Below are positions 11,421-24,244 of a DNA stretch of 64,000 nt, piece by piece. Made by a program: the position numbers and the translations under genes. Each line of letters starts with the position of its first letter. Positions within the stretch are counted from its first letter, which is position 1. Source of the DNA: Octopus vulgaris (taxonomy: Eukaryota); assembly GCA_951406725.2 (NCBI GenBank), contig OX597843.1:21018001-21082000 (forward strand), read 5' to 3'. A model generated the notes under the pieces. The model did not search any database and was not told the origin of the DNA. It saw only the letters and a list, made by a program, of their open reading frames with translations.

Positions 11421-14255
11421 GTTATTTGCAAGACATATATATATTCAAATAAATTCTCACTCTCTGATCCACAGATCCAGTTCACAGATCCTTGATGATC
11501 CTACTAATGGAGAGTAAAGACACACGAAACCTAGAAAAAAACCTCTATGAATAAATTATGTAAATGTCCCGCCCTGTGATTTGTATTTGTTCCTCAAGAT
11601 GAAGGAGTTGAAGGGGACTGTAACAGGGGTCCTGGAGACACTCCCTTTCAGATGAGATTTCAGCTTAGGCCTGTAGATTATTTTTCGAAAGCTGCACCGT
11701 GAGAGGTTCCACAGTTTAATGTGCCCCTTGGTTATCCAAACGGTAATCGATGCGAGATGAAGAACTGATTTTAGTATAAGTCATTTACGCAATTCGGAAG
11801 CTTAATAACACCTACGTTTGATAGGTCCGAAGACGTCAGTAGTAATACTGTTTGGAAACATGGCGGTTCTGTCCACTGACATGACAGAGGTTCCTCTGTC
11901 AAGCATCATGTCTATGTTACCGTTGGTGAATGAATGAGGTTCAAACTAAGACTACGCCTGTCATATTGTTTCATATGGCTTCAACTCTATGCGTAAAGTG
12001 AATGAAGTATGGGTGTTATGCCTTGTCAAAGTGCAATCCGTGTTTGGTCCAGTGCAATGTTTTATCCATATTAAGCATACCCAAACCCTAAACCTAAACC
12101 TATATTTAGAGGTTGTTCCCCATTCTATCACTTAAAGTATACTCATATGCAACAACAAGCTATAGAAGAGTACCTCTCTGTTAAATAATTTTGCTGAATT
12201 CAAATGTGGAATCCATTTTTTAGGATTACGTCTAGATTTCAAGATACCCAAACCCTCAATTTTCACTATTTTCCTCATATTTAAGGGGAAATATATTGGG
12301 AAATGTAGTACGAATGTCTATTATGGTTTATCGATTATTTTATTAAAGGTCTGGTGTAAACATCGGGTAATGAAATAATGGCCGCAGCGAGCATTAGTCC
12401 CAGGGTATTTTAATGTGAATGAACAGACTTTAGTTCAGCCGGAGAAAATCATCCAACATCCATGTCTTATCAAGGCAGATTGTAATTAAATACGATGCTG
12501 GGCTATTGAGGTTCAGCACTAATGAAAACCATTCGAACACAAATTCATGAAAAAATAGGCATGAACAATAATGTAAACTGTCTGTAGAAATTTAGAGATA
12601 TTTGCTAGCTTTTCAGTAGAAGTTCAAAACATCCTAGCTTTGAAGACAATGCAATTTCTATGTATATTAGTACGTTCTTCATAAGCTGGTTTATTCGAAA
12701 ACAAAACAAAGACATTCTCTGGATCCAGTATCTTACAATTCTGATGTGATCGTATTAAATTGATGTCCGTTTCGGATTCTGTGTGTCAAAAGACTCCCAG
12801 TTCGTCTCCAGTTATTTCGTTCGCCTGACGATATTCCCAAATTATTGTCTTGAATAAAGTTCAAATTGTTTATACACCAAGAACAGGGATTTATATTTTC
12901 ATACCATTGAATTCTGACAGATTTCATATTTTCTTTCAAATAGGAGTAAAGCAGGCTTGAAACCGATTCACAGGATGACCAAGTCTAGAAGGAAGGGGAA
13001 AAGATGATATTCTTCAACTGAAGAATGTTTAAGACAATATGGACTACACTAAAGGCACTTAAAATTACTAGGTGGTGGTTTTGAACAGAGATGTGTTTTA
13101 AGACTACCATTGAAATAGATAATTAGAGACAGAGGAAGGATACAGCATAGCCGTGGACATGGTGTTGAAACACGGTCATTTGTAATGGGCTGAAGATTAG
13201 ACAAGTGTCCTTCAAAATCTTACTTGTAAACTTACACTTCGCTGAGCATTATTAGCAGTGAAGATCTTTCTTGGCGCAAGTAGATCCTTTGCATAGCTAG
13301 TACGGCATTTTAAAGTCCAATCCTTCTCTTTGCAGCCATAACTTCAAACCATTTACAATGCTCAAGTGAAGCACACAATGAAGAAATCTTTCTACATCTG
13401 GAAGGGTGATACACATCCGGGATTGCATCGAAAGAAGGGTGACGTGGCTAAATTTTACTCTATCCCTAATAGACATACTCTAACAGCTATCTCGCAGGCA
13501 GGATATCTCTTCTCTTTGTTTTGCCACTGTCACTGTCATGCTACAGATTCTTGTAGGAGTTGGCTGAGCTCTTGACCCCAGCAAGCAGGTACTACCGACT
13601 CACTCGTCTATTCCTTTGCTCCTCGATCTTAAACATCAGTTCGTTTTCAGTATGAACCTCTGTGCTAAACACTTCAAACCCTTCATCAATCCTGCAAATG
13701 TTTGCCTGTAGCAGCTTAAACGGAACGTTCATGGTATCTATCTCAGATTTCATTCAATTCGCGCTTAAATTATGAAAGATGAAAATATCTAACTTATTAA
13801 ACAGAACATTGACTTTGCTATTCCACATCTTCAGATTTACGAGGTTTAAAGAATAACATTAAAAAAACATTGCTATTTGATTTACATTAGGATTTCTCAA
13901 ATGGTCAAAACGTTCCAAATTTGTTGACAAATGGGACTGATCGAATGAATCGATCCACTTTAGTATTTGAATATTTGATTAAAACTTGAAGTGATTAGTG
14001 CTGTGTTGCGAAGAGCGAGAGAAAAGATGGAGTAGAGGGAAAAAGCGGGTAAGGTGAAGAGCGAGGGAAAAAGAGGCAGAGAGAAAAAGAGGGAGACAAA
14101 AAGAGGGTAAGAGAAGCGTCTATGACGTGTGGTAGGGGGAACGTAATAGTTATTACGTGGTTAAAAATGTTAGTTGAAGGTAGTGATATAGAGGAGAGTG
14201 AGAAACAGAATTGTAGCAGAGGATCGATGTTCTGATGGTGAGATTAAAGAAAGGC

Positions 14256-14292
<37 letters not shown>

Positions 14293-14667
14293 GATGATGA
14301 ATGTGTTGGTGGTGTTAGTGGTGGTGGTGGTGGAGGTTGCGTTGGTGAGTGTATGCGAAGAGTGTAATGTTTTTAATTGATATATTTTTTTAATACCACC
14401 TATTACTTAAAGCATGCGCATAAGTGCAATCGTCTGCTCGCTTGAAAAATGTTATTTGTTTATAAACCAAAGATGAGAGACGATGTGAGCGAACAACAGA
14501 AAGAATGAAACCAAATGGGCAATGGCGCCAAGAGAAGCAGAGGGTCTTATCCAGAACGACTGAAGGTGTTTTAAAACGACAATTATGTAGAATATACAAT
14601 TTATAAAGGAGCGCTAATTTTCATGTCTCCATATAAACTTACAACCATCTAAAAACTTTCGCATTTG

Positions 14668-14694
14668 CCGCGGAATTTCTACGGGTGCTGCTAG
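14668..14694 (+). mobile_element. Helitron 3' terminus (hairpin plus CTAG)
   Basis: Imperfect hairpin ccgcggaatttctacgg, then CTAG followed by T at 14691-14695. Confidence 0.6.
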
Positions 14695-15077
14695 TGTATT
14701 AAAGAATTACTCTGTTTATGCTGCTCCATCTCTCCAGACGTGAAATCTTTTAAAAACACTTAAAAATTACATAAGTTTTCAGGTGAATCGAGACATATTC
14801 ATCTGCAGAAACTTCACCTGAACTTGCATAATTCTTCAGGACTAATAATTGATATGTGTTTACTGTTTGTGATGGCGTAAATTTCACTTATGACGTTCTA
14901 TTACAAATACAAATTTCATAAGTTGCTCATACAACACTTTTTCGCATTCTTCAGTTACGTATTTTAAGAATTTGACAGTTTGAGCGCATTTCTTTATTAT
15001 CCGCACTTTAAACCGTCTATATAACTTTTAATTGCATAAATGGTATTTTTCTCTCTCTCTCTCTCTTTGTCTCTCTC

Positions 15078-15212
<135 letters not shown>

Positions 15213-15555
15213 AGGCGTAGGAGTGGCTTTGTGGTAAGTATCTTGCTTACGAACCACACGGTTCTGGGTTCAGTCCCACTGTGTGGCACCTTAGGCAAGT
15301 TTCTTCTGCTGTAGCCTCGGGTCGACCAAAGATTTGTGAGTAGATTTGGTTAACGGAAATTGAAAGAAGCCTGTCGTATGTAAGTATATATTTATATGTA
15401 TGTGTGTATGTATATGTTTGTGTGTCTGTGTTTGTCTCCCCAACATTGCCTGACAACCAATGCTGGTGTGTTTACATCCACGTATCTTAGCGGTTCGGTA
15501 AAAGAAACCGATAGAATAAGTACTAGGCTTACAAAGAATAAGTTCTGCGGTCGAT
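15213..15555 (+). mobile_element. SINE with tRNA-like head and composite body
   Basis: Head ggcgtaggagtggctttgtggtaag...ggttcagtccc; related heads at 1262, 45742 and, reversed, at 21945-22035 and 26500-26635. Confidence 0.75.
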
Positions 15556-15564
15556 TTTATCGAT

Positions 15565-16795
15565 GTTTCTTTATCTCTCTCCCCTTAATGCCACTGTCGG
15601 TACAAAATTGATCAGTGTGTCCAATCTCAGCAAAATCCGAAGAAAAATGGTAAGGTAATATCATAAAACAGAATCCATGTGACCATTTACACGAAAATAT
15701 CCCATAGACACTTAAATCTCAGTACATTATATGAATAACAGATGTTTCATACGTAGAAGTGCTTAATTTTGCTCACGGTTCTTCAAAATCAGTCCATTAT
15801 TTTATTGTGAATGATTTGAGGATTTCCGCCTCGCACTAGTTTAATTTTAATTCTTCTACATGTCTTCAAAATTAAACTTTCCCTAAAAGTGAAAGCTCAT
15901 CAAAATCGGATGAATTCTGTAAAAGTTACTGTATAAAATATTAATCCTATGGGTGATTGCATGCAAAAAGCCTATTGATTACTTAAAATCTCCCGCTCAC
16001 GCGCAGATATCGATTCTTTGTCAACTCTTCATGCTGGCATCAACAAATACACATGAACTATAATCACGTATAAAATTTCTACAAAATCGATAAGAATGTG
16101 TCTAAGAAAATTCTTATTTGCATTTATACCTATTTCAAGCCATTTTGAATTAAATAAATACCCTCACCCTCTCCCCCACCAAACATTTACCTCTATCTCA
16201 AATTTCATTAAAATCGGATAAAAAACATGAAATTTACGGCCAAAAAGTGGTATTTGCACTCTAAACACCCATTGATTTTAGAAAACCACTGACCTGGCGC
16301 AATTAGCGATTTTTTCAACGTCATATGCTGGGATCAACTTAATGCCGTCAGCAAAAGCTGCAGGATAAATAACATCGTTATGAGAATATGAAAGGTTACC
16401 GAACAAACTATTTAAAATGTCGCCATTGTTCTTAAATTACGTTTCACTTTTCGTTTGAAAAGAAAGAAAGTGTGGATTATAATGGTGGTCGCTGAATTCC
16501 CAAATTTTTCATTAAAAACTTTTTTAAATGCGTCGTTCAAAAGCATTGGCCAAATTCGGTATCGATTGGGATAGGGGATGTGAATAAAATCAACACACAT
16601 TAAAACAATTTTTAAAGAGCTTCCTGCCATCATCTGCAACGTTGAGGTGGAAAAAATGGAAAATCCTCACCATAACGTAAAAAAGGTATCCTATGTGGGA
16701 ATGCTGTACCCAAAATGTACCAAAATATTATGTTGTGGGATACGCCTTGCAACGAAGAGATATTCATCTAGAGATATATATATATATATATAGAT
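15565..16795. mobile_element. Non-autonomous Helitron-like repeat, second family member
   Basis: Homologous to 190-1258 (gtgtccaatct...agaatccatgtgaccattta; aaaatcgga motifs). The right end reads a|tctatatata on the minus strand, resembling a Helitron 5' TC. Confidence 0.55.
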
Positions 16796-17055
16796 ATATG
16801 CGTATGTGTGTGTAGGGAATGGCGTAGATACAATCCAGGCTACATAATCTTCATAGCTAAGAGAACCACGAAAGTAGCATATTATCCTAACATGGGTATA
16901 CCACAAGCTACTCTTCAGTCAAAGGATATCTTGATTACGTGAAGTTTACATTCTCGTTATAATCCCCGTGTAAACTCGTTCGGAATTTGATCAAAATGCT
17001 AATTTCGGGAGGAAAACAGTTTAGCAGAAGGAAAATGCAAATAAAATACCAGAAA

Positions 17056-20000
17056 TCCTATGTATAAGAATGAGAACGTTTGTTACTGATTAAGGAGTGT
17101 ACGAAGACAAGGTTTGATATGGAAATTGGCTGGCGAGATGCTTTATGCACGTCTTCCGGGGTCATTCACGGGTCCGTTGTAGGATAGATAAGTAAACATA
17201 TTGTAGCATTATATATAGCCATTTAAAACAGAATTATAGGACGAAAATATAGGTGTAGTATTTGAAATGGATAGAGTGGTGTTTGAAGGAGAGGAAGGCG
17301 GAAGATATTGTTTTTACGTTGCAAAATAATCGTAGACCACGGTTTGCTCGTCGAGTTGGTAGAACTAATTTGGCTTTAAAATCTAAGGACGGCGAGTGAA
17401 GTGGGAGATAGTAGTAGTAGTAGCTTTCATCTGAGATTATTATGTGAGTCCGTATTAGTTCACACGCGCGTATATGGTGTGCGTCTGTAGAATCTAGTAG
17501 CTGTGCACGCGTGCCTGGGTCCTTGTATATTATCATATACTGAGGGATGTGTGTAGAGAGAGAAGAGTTGAGAAAATTTATGACGTATAAACGATAAGGA
17601 AAACAGGTTGGGAATTAAAAAATGAAACAATAACATGTTTAGGAAATGTAAAGGTAGATAAACAGTTGTTTACTGCATCGATATATGGAGCAGGATATCA
17701 GTTGGGGTGCAAGGGAGTTAGTTAGGGGATGACACAGGGGTGGGTGGGGTATTGTTGCTATTTGGACTTAGAATATGAATTGCATAATTTGTGTCGAGAA
17801 GTAAATATTATGCTATCCCGTTCATTTCAAATATTTCCTTAATGCGGGCAGTGATGAAACCCGTTTGGATACGATAACTACGACAGAGTTTAGGAGACCT
17901 GGCGTTGTGGTTGGTCGAAAAGTTGGCGTATTTGAGGTTCTCCTTAAGTTTTTGTCATGGGTGGAAGCCGACTGTCCTTTGTTTCGGAAACCTATCGGTC
18001 ATACGACTGCCTGCAGTACCCCCTACTGTTTCCCCTTTGGAGAGGATGGCAACAGCTTTCACCAACGCCATGTTGATCCAATCACGGGTGCTGAATTAAC
18101 CAAGGCTGTTTCCTGCAAGGAATTCTATGCCTTCCGTCTTATGGTCAGAGGAGGTCAGTTCAACCAACTACTACGGTACAAGGAAGTCACAAATCAATTC
18201 TTGGTTGACATGTTTGCCAAGGCTGAAGGTGAAAGGCTTCTTTGTATTCGTTAAAATCAAAACAGATTGCGTGTGGATCGATATCTTACCGTTCATGTCC
18301 AGCTGTATGTTAATGCAAGAAACATAGGCCTTCCGGTGATACTTACTTCCAGCCATACCGGGTCTCGACGGTATAAGCATCAGCGGACACAGGATGCCAT
18401 GGCATATGTCCGTAAGTTTAGCGAACCTGACCTCTTCATCACCTTTACGTGCAACTGAACTTGGAGGGAGATAACGGAAAACTTATTCGAGGGCCAGGCT
18501 GCATGCGACAGACACGACTTAGTTGCTAGAGTTTTCCATGGAAAATTGCAGAAATTTATGTGGCTATTGAAACATGATGCTGTCTACAGAAAACTTAACG
18601 CGTGCATTTACACAGTAGAATGGCAAAAGCGGGGTCTTCCACACGCCCATATACTGATTTGGTGTCAAGAAAGAATCAGACTTGCTGACATAGATAAGAT
18701 TATATGTGTAGAGCTGCCTGACCCTAATGTCAACTTGCAGGTATTCCAAATAGTGTCGGCGCATATGACACACGGGCGCTGTGGTGTCTTGAATACTAAT
18801 TCTCCGTGTAATGAAAAAAATAGATGTTCAAATAACCATCCCAGGGCTTTCAACAGGGCTATATGTACTGGTATTGATGGCTACCCAATTTACTGACGAC
18901 GTGCCCCTGACTTTGGAGGAATTTCGGCGCAAAAAGTATAAAGAGTAAAGACATTGCCTTCAACAACATTATGGTTGTTCCCTACAGCCCTGTCTCCCTT
19001 AAAAACTTCAACGCCCACATCAACGTTGAATCTTGCACCTCGATTAAAGGCATCAAGTACATATGCAAACATGTAAACAAGGACAGCGACATGGCTGCTT
19101 TGGGTGTGCAGGATGAAGAGACAGCCAACGATGAAATCTTTCAATATTTCGTCCAATATGCCGGCATGGCGCATTTTAGGTTTTGATATTCACCAGTCCG
19201 CTGCATCTGTTTTTGGCATAAGTGTACACTTAGAAAATAGGCAACGTGTTTACTTCACTTGGACTGACAAAAAATGTGAAAGGCGGCGGCAGGATGTGCG
19301 AATCGACAATGAGGTCGGCGAGGTAATCTACAATGGAAACATGATCGGTCGTGTCCACACTGTACACCCAAAGGATCAGGAGTGTTTTTTGCGGATGATT
19401 CTGTTTCCTATGAAAGACCCAACATCATTTGCCCACGTCAGATTTATTCGAAGGACAAATGTGTTGCACTTACAGGGACGCTTGCTTGCGACAGTGACTA
19501 CTCGAGGATGAGGGTCTCTGGAACACGGTATTGCAAGAGGCCTCTGAATGCAGGACACCAGAAGCAATGCGCCGAATATTTTGTCTCATCTTGCTATTCA
19601 GTAACGTGTCTAAACCTCTTCATTTCTGGGACACATTTAAAGATAGTTTTTCCGAAGATTATCTCCGACGACTTCAAGCCGAAGATCCAACGGCTGGATT
19701 CGACCTCAATAACGTCATCTACAACACAGCCCTCCTTTATTTGCAATCGCGACTGCAAGCTATGGGAGGAGTTGGCGTCCTCAGATTTCAGTCGGCCGTC
19801 TCCGCGGGATATTTCAAATGCTTTAGCTGCTGAGTACATGTGAGAGATGAGCTACAACACGCAGGAAATGGTGGTGCAGGTTGCTCAGGACGAGCCCAGA
19901 CTTTTGGAAGTACAGAGAATTGAATACAAAAGGTTCTTCACCAGTGGTAATTCCAACGAAGGACAATTTTTTTTCTTGGATGTTCCCGGCAGAACCGGAA

Positions 20001-21826
20001 AAAACATTTCACATGAACCTCCTACTCGCCAAAATTCGTCAGAAAATCCGAATTCTTATAGCGGTTGCATCCAGCGGCATCGCAGCAACTCTACTGCATG
20101 ACGGTCGTACGGCACACTCAGCATTCAAATTACCACTAGACTTGACCAAACAGGGAAATCCAACTTGCAATGTTAATCGCGGCTCAGCCATGGGGTATCT
20201 TCTCACTGAGTGCAGCCTTATCATTTGGGATGAGGAAGCCATGTGTTATAAGGCAGCATTTGAGGCGCTCGAACGGTTTCTTCAAGACCTGAGACGGAAT
20301 ATGAGAGTGGAGAGGGGAGTGATTGTTATACTTGCTGGCAACTGCCGACAAACTCTACCTGTCATTCCACGGGGGACAAGAGCTGACGAGGTAAATGCTT
20401 CCATAAAATCATCCTACTTATGGCACCACAGCGAGAAACTTCACCTGACTACGAACATGAGAGTTCACGTGTTTGGCGACGAAAATGCGGCCACATTCTC
20501 GGCGCAGCTTCTCGATGTTAGTAATGGAACTGTATCTGGCAATACTGATGGTTTCATCCATTTACTATTTGGTAACTTCGAGCCTAACGTAGATGATTTA
20601 ATTTCTTTAGTTTTTTTCCTGACATTGCAAGCCAAAGCCTTCACACAACTTGTTTACAAGAAGAGCAATTTTGGTGCCTCACAATAAAACAGTCGATGCT
20701 ATCAATAATAAACTTTTTGATCTCCTTCCTGGAGAAAAATTCTCCTTCAAGTCCATTGACACGCATGAAAACCCGAATGATATGTCCGTTTTCACAACAG
20801 AATTTCTTAATTCCCAAACGCCCGCAGGACTTCCGCCTCACGAACTCCATCTCAAGGGTGGCGTCCCATCATGCTGCTGCGGAATCTGGATGCTCAAATA
20901 ATGTGTAACGGCACCCGGATGATAATAAAAAATATATACACCCGAGTTCTGCAGGCAACCATCTTGAATGGACCAGCCACTGGTCAAGATGTTCTTATAA
21001 CCCCAATATCCCTCACTCCCTTCGATACGATCTACAAATTTAAGCGGCTTCAATTTCCTATCAACCTCTCCTTTGCAATAACAATAAATAAGGCACAGGG
21101 TCAATCATTGCAAATGGTTTGTTTATATCTCACAGAGCAAGTATTCTCGCACGGTGAACTCTCTGTTTGATGCTCCCATGTTGGCAGCAAACAAAGTCTA
21201 GACATTTGTGCATCAGAAGGGAAATCGAGAAATGTGGCCTACAAAAAGAGCTCCTCTGAAAAGATAGCATTTCTTCACATCTTTCAAATCACCCCAGTCA
21301 TCTGCTGTCACAAAAGCTTCGTAGTCACCATGCCAGCCAACGTATCTCAATAACACACACCTTCACTCATTCACCCTATCTCTCTTTCTCTCTCACATAC
21401 ACATGCGTAAGTACGCACACACACACACACGAGTTCATTTCACATATCTTTCAATTTCTGCTCTCTGAAAAGAAAATTTTTATGGATACGACGGCTTACA
21501 AAAATAGGGATTAATGTATAATTTCTTTCTATCTTCATAATTAAATAAATGTTTTAATGATTAGATAGTGGTCCAATGCAATAGCTCTCAGAAACAGACT
21601 ACGTACAAATTCTTTCTTCACATCTCCTGAAGCTGTTTTCTGACAGCGGGTGGGGTTGTGATGGAAAGAAATTTTCATATAGCTGGAGGCTCCAATCGAA
21701 ACGAGGTACCCGAAATGATAAGGTTGAGAAACGCTGTGAGAAACGCTGCTATAGATTATGCCAAGCCAAAAACGATCACACCCACATCATCCAAACAGAC
21801 CGGGTGAAATCGGGCTTAACTGCTAG
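17056..21826 (+). mobile_element. Helitron with both termini
   Basis: 5' A|TCctatgtataagaatg at 17056; 3' imperfect hairpin ccgggtgaaatcggg followed by CTAG|T at 21823-26; RepHel coding relic in between. Confidence 0.8.
17985..21260 (+). pseudogene. Helitron Rep (HUH/Y2) - PIF1 helicase, frameshifted
   Basis: PDLFITFTCN, VEWQKRGLPHAHIL, HINVE..IKYICKHVNK, FFLDVPGRTGK, VASSGIAATLL..GRTAHSAFKLP, IIWDE, LTTNMRV, FAITINKAQGQSL..VFSHGEL. Confidence 0.95.
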
Positions 21827-21944
21827 TTTACCTATGTTTACACATGTATGTATATGCAAACTTACTGTTAACAAAAGTCGGGATACGTGACGTTCCGTTA
21901 TTCCATAAATGTAAATTGTTTTAAATACTACAAAACATACAAAA

Positions 21945-22035
21945 GAAACTTGCCCAAGGTGCCATGCAGTGGGACTTAACCTGGAACCATGTGGTTCGGT
22001 GGCATACTTCTTAGCGCACATCTACTCCTGCGCCT
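21945..22035 (-). mobile_element. SINE head fragment
   Basis: Reverse-complement similarity to the SINE head at 15213. Confidence 0.7.
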
Positions 22036-22041
22036 ACACAC

Positions 22042-22073
<32 letters not shown>

Positions 22074-22092
22074 CCACACACGCACACGCACA

Positions 22093-22123
<31 letters not shown>

Positions 22124-22129
<6 letters not shown>

Positions 22130-22208
22130 TATATAGAAGGAGCTTCTACAGGACTAGAAATGTTTCATTCAAGAGAAATCTTCAGGAAGCTCCTTCTATA
22201 TAATAAAT
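22124..22208 (-). ncRNA. Type I hammerhead ribozyme motif (Penelope-pLTR-like)
   Basis: Minus strand: 23-bp perfect stem I enclosing CTGAAGA-tttctcttgaat-GAAA-ca..tg-TA (GUA triplet). Confidence 0.7.
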
Positions 22209-22274
22209 TAATTTTACTCTGCTATGTATTGAGTACCTTATTTACTGTGGTTAACCCCGAATCAACCCGGGACC

Positions 22275-22385
<111 letters not shown>

Positions 22386-22681
22386 ACAATCTTCATCTTA
22401 GTTATTTCGCTGTTCGCCACCAGAAAGTAAACATTGCCACTGATGATATCCGGACATATGATGCGGGGTTATTTTACACCTATCAGCGCTGAAACGGTGA
22501 TGATCGAAATCTAGCAGCACGATGGAAACAATTGTAGGATTGCTTTACGTTTATGTCATTTGTTGATTCGCTTCCTTTACATCTTAAATATTGTATGTAT
22601 TACTCTTTTCATCGAGAAAAATAGCCAGGTATCCTCTATATTTCTTCTCTATTTCCTTTTACTAACTATATATACACACAC

Positions 22682-22752
<71 letters not shown>

Positions 22753-22972
22753 TCAATTTAGGGTAGCAAAAAAATTTCAATAGAAATTTATCGCCACCAG
22801 CGGCCTGGTGGAAAAGAGAAAATAGTCATCGACTAAATATATAAATATAACAATTTAGGAGTGACCCCAACAGGTCACTCGACCACCAGAAAGAGCAGCC
22901 ATAACTCACACCGCCAAGTAGTAGTAATTCAGAAATTAGGTGAAAATTTAAAAACATTTACCCTAATTCATC

Positions 22973-23070
22973 TTTTAGACGTTGCAACGTTTCTGTGTCA
23001 TTAATGATTAAATTAGCTTAATTAAATTAAATTAAGCTAATCTACCATAGGTTACAATTCATCAGTAAAA
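22973..23070 (-). ncRNA. Type I hammerhead ribozyme motif, unit 1
   Basis: Minus strand: tttta-CTGATGA-long stem II-GAAACGTTGCAACGTC-taaaa. Confidence 0.72.
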
Positions 23071-23447
23071 AACATGGGAGAGACAAATATACACGAGGCG
23101 TCTGTATCGATGCCTACGGGATATCTGACTTAAAATTTTCAAGACTGACGTATTCGCGCCAAACTTATCAACAGTAAATATAAACTGCCGATTCAATCTC
23201 AGAATTATTCATAAAATTATCAATTAGTCAATTTAGGGTAGCAAAAAAATTTCAATAGAAATTTATCGCCACCAGCGGCCTGGTGGAAAAGAGAAAATAG
23301 TCATCGACTAAATATATAAATATAACAATTTAGGAGTGACCCCAACAGGTCACTCGACCACCAGAAAGAGCAGCCATAACTCACACCGCCAAGTAGTAGT
23401 AATTCAGAAATTAGGTGAAAATTTAAAAACATTTACCCTAATTCATC

Positions 23448-23545
23448 TTTTAGACGTTGTAACGTTTCTGTGTCATTAATGATTAAATTAGCTTAATTAA
23501 ATTAAATTAAGCTAATCTACCATAGGTTACACTTCATCAGTAAAA
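23448..23545 (-). ncRNA. Type I hammerhead ribozyme motif, unit 2
   Basis: Same as unit 1, with loop III variant GAAACGTTACAACGTC. Confidence 0.72.
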
Positions 23546-24146
23546 AACCTGGGAGAGACAAATATACACGAGGCGTCTGTATCGATGCCTACGGGATATC
23601 TGACTTAAAATTTTCAAGACTGACGTATTCGCGCCAAACTTATCAACAGTAAATATAAACTGCCGATTCAATCTCAGAATTATTCATAAAATTATCAATT
23701 AGTCAATTTAGGGTAGCAAAAAAATTTCAATAGAAATTTATCGCCACCAGCGGCCTGGTGGAAAAGAGAAAATAGTCATCGACTAAATATATAAATATAA
23801 CAATTTAGGAGTGACTACTACTACTTGGCGGTGTGAGTTATGGCTGCTCTTTCTGGTGGTCGAGTGACCTGTTGGGGTCACTCCTAAATTGTTATATTTA
23901 TATATTTAGTCGATGACTATTTTCTCTTTTCCACCAGGCCGCTGGTGGCGATAAATTTCTATTGAAATTTTTTTGCTACCCTAAATTGACTAATTGATAA
24001 TTTTATGAATAATTCTGAGATTGAATCGGCAGTTTATATTTACTGTTGATAAGTTTGGCGCGAATACGTCAGTCTTGAAAATTTTAAGTCAGATATACCG
24101 TAGGCATCGATACAGACGCCTCGTGTATATTTGTCTCTCCCAGGTT

Positions 24147-24244
24147 TTTTACTGATGAAGTGTAACCTATGGTAGATTAGCTTAATTTAATTTAATTAAG
24201 CTAATTTAATCATTAATGACACAGAAACGTTGCAACGTCTAAAA
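24147..24244 (+). ncRNA. Type I hammerhead ribozyme motif, inverted copy
   Basis: tttta CTGATGA (24152-58) agtgt...attagcttaatt/aattaagctaat...acaca GAAACGTTGCAACGTC (GTC 24237-39) taaaa. Confidence 0.75.

Noticed and set aside
12078-12102. Telomere-like cccaaaccctaaacctaaacc
   Set aside because: Only three or four degenerate units; not an interstitial telomere array.
1-14694. The duplicated block as one giant Helitron ending at CTAG 14694
   Set aside because: Copy B lacks this terminus and homology continues past it to ~16220.
21630-21750. hAT-type MITE (ggttgagaaacgctg end)
   Set aside because: Left TIR too degenerate and no TSD found.
22435-22520. Possible additional hammerhead (CTGATGA at 22440, GAAA at 22491 and 22506)
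   Set aside because: No convincing stem III/NUH/stem I register can be built; at best a decayed relic.
24040-24075. Second HHR-like motif in the 475-bp unit (ctgttga...gaatacgtc)
   Set aside because: Two core mismatches and no stem I or stem II pairing.
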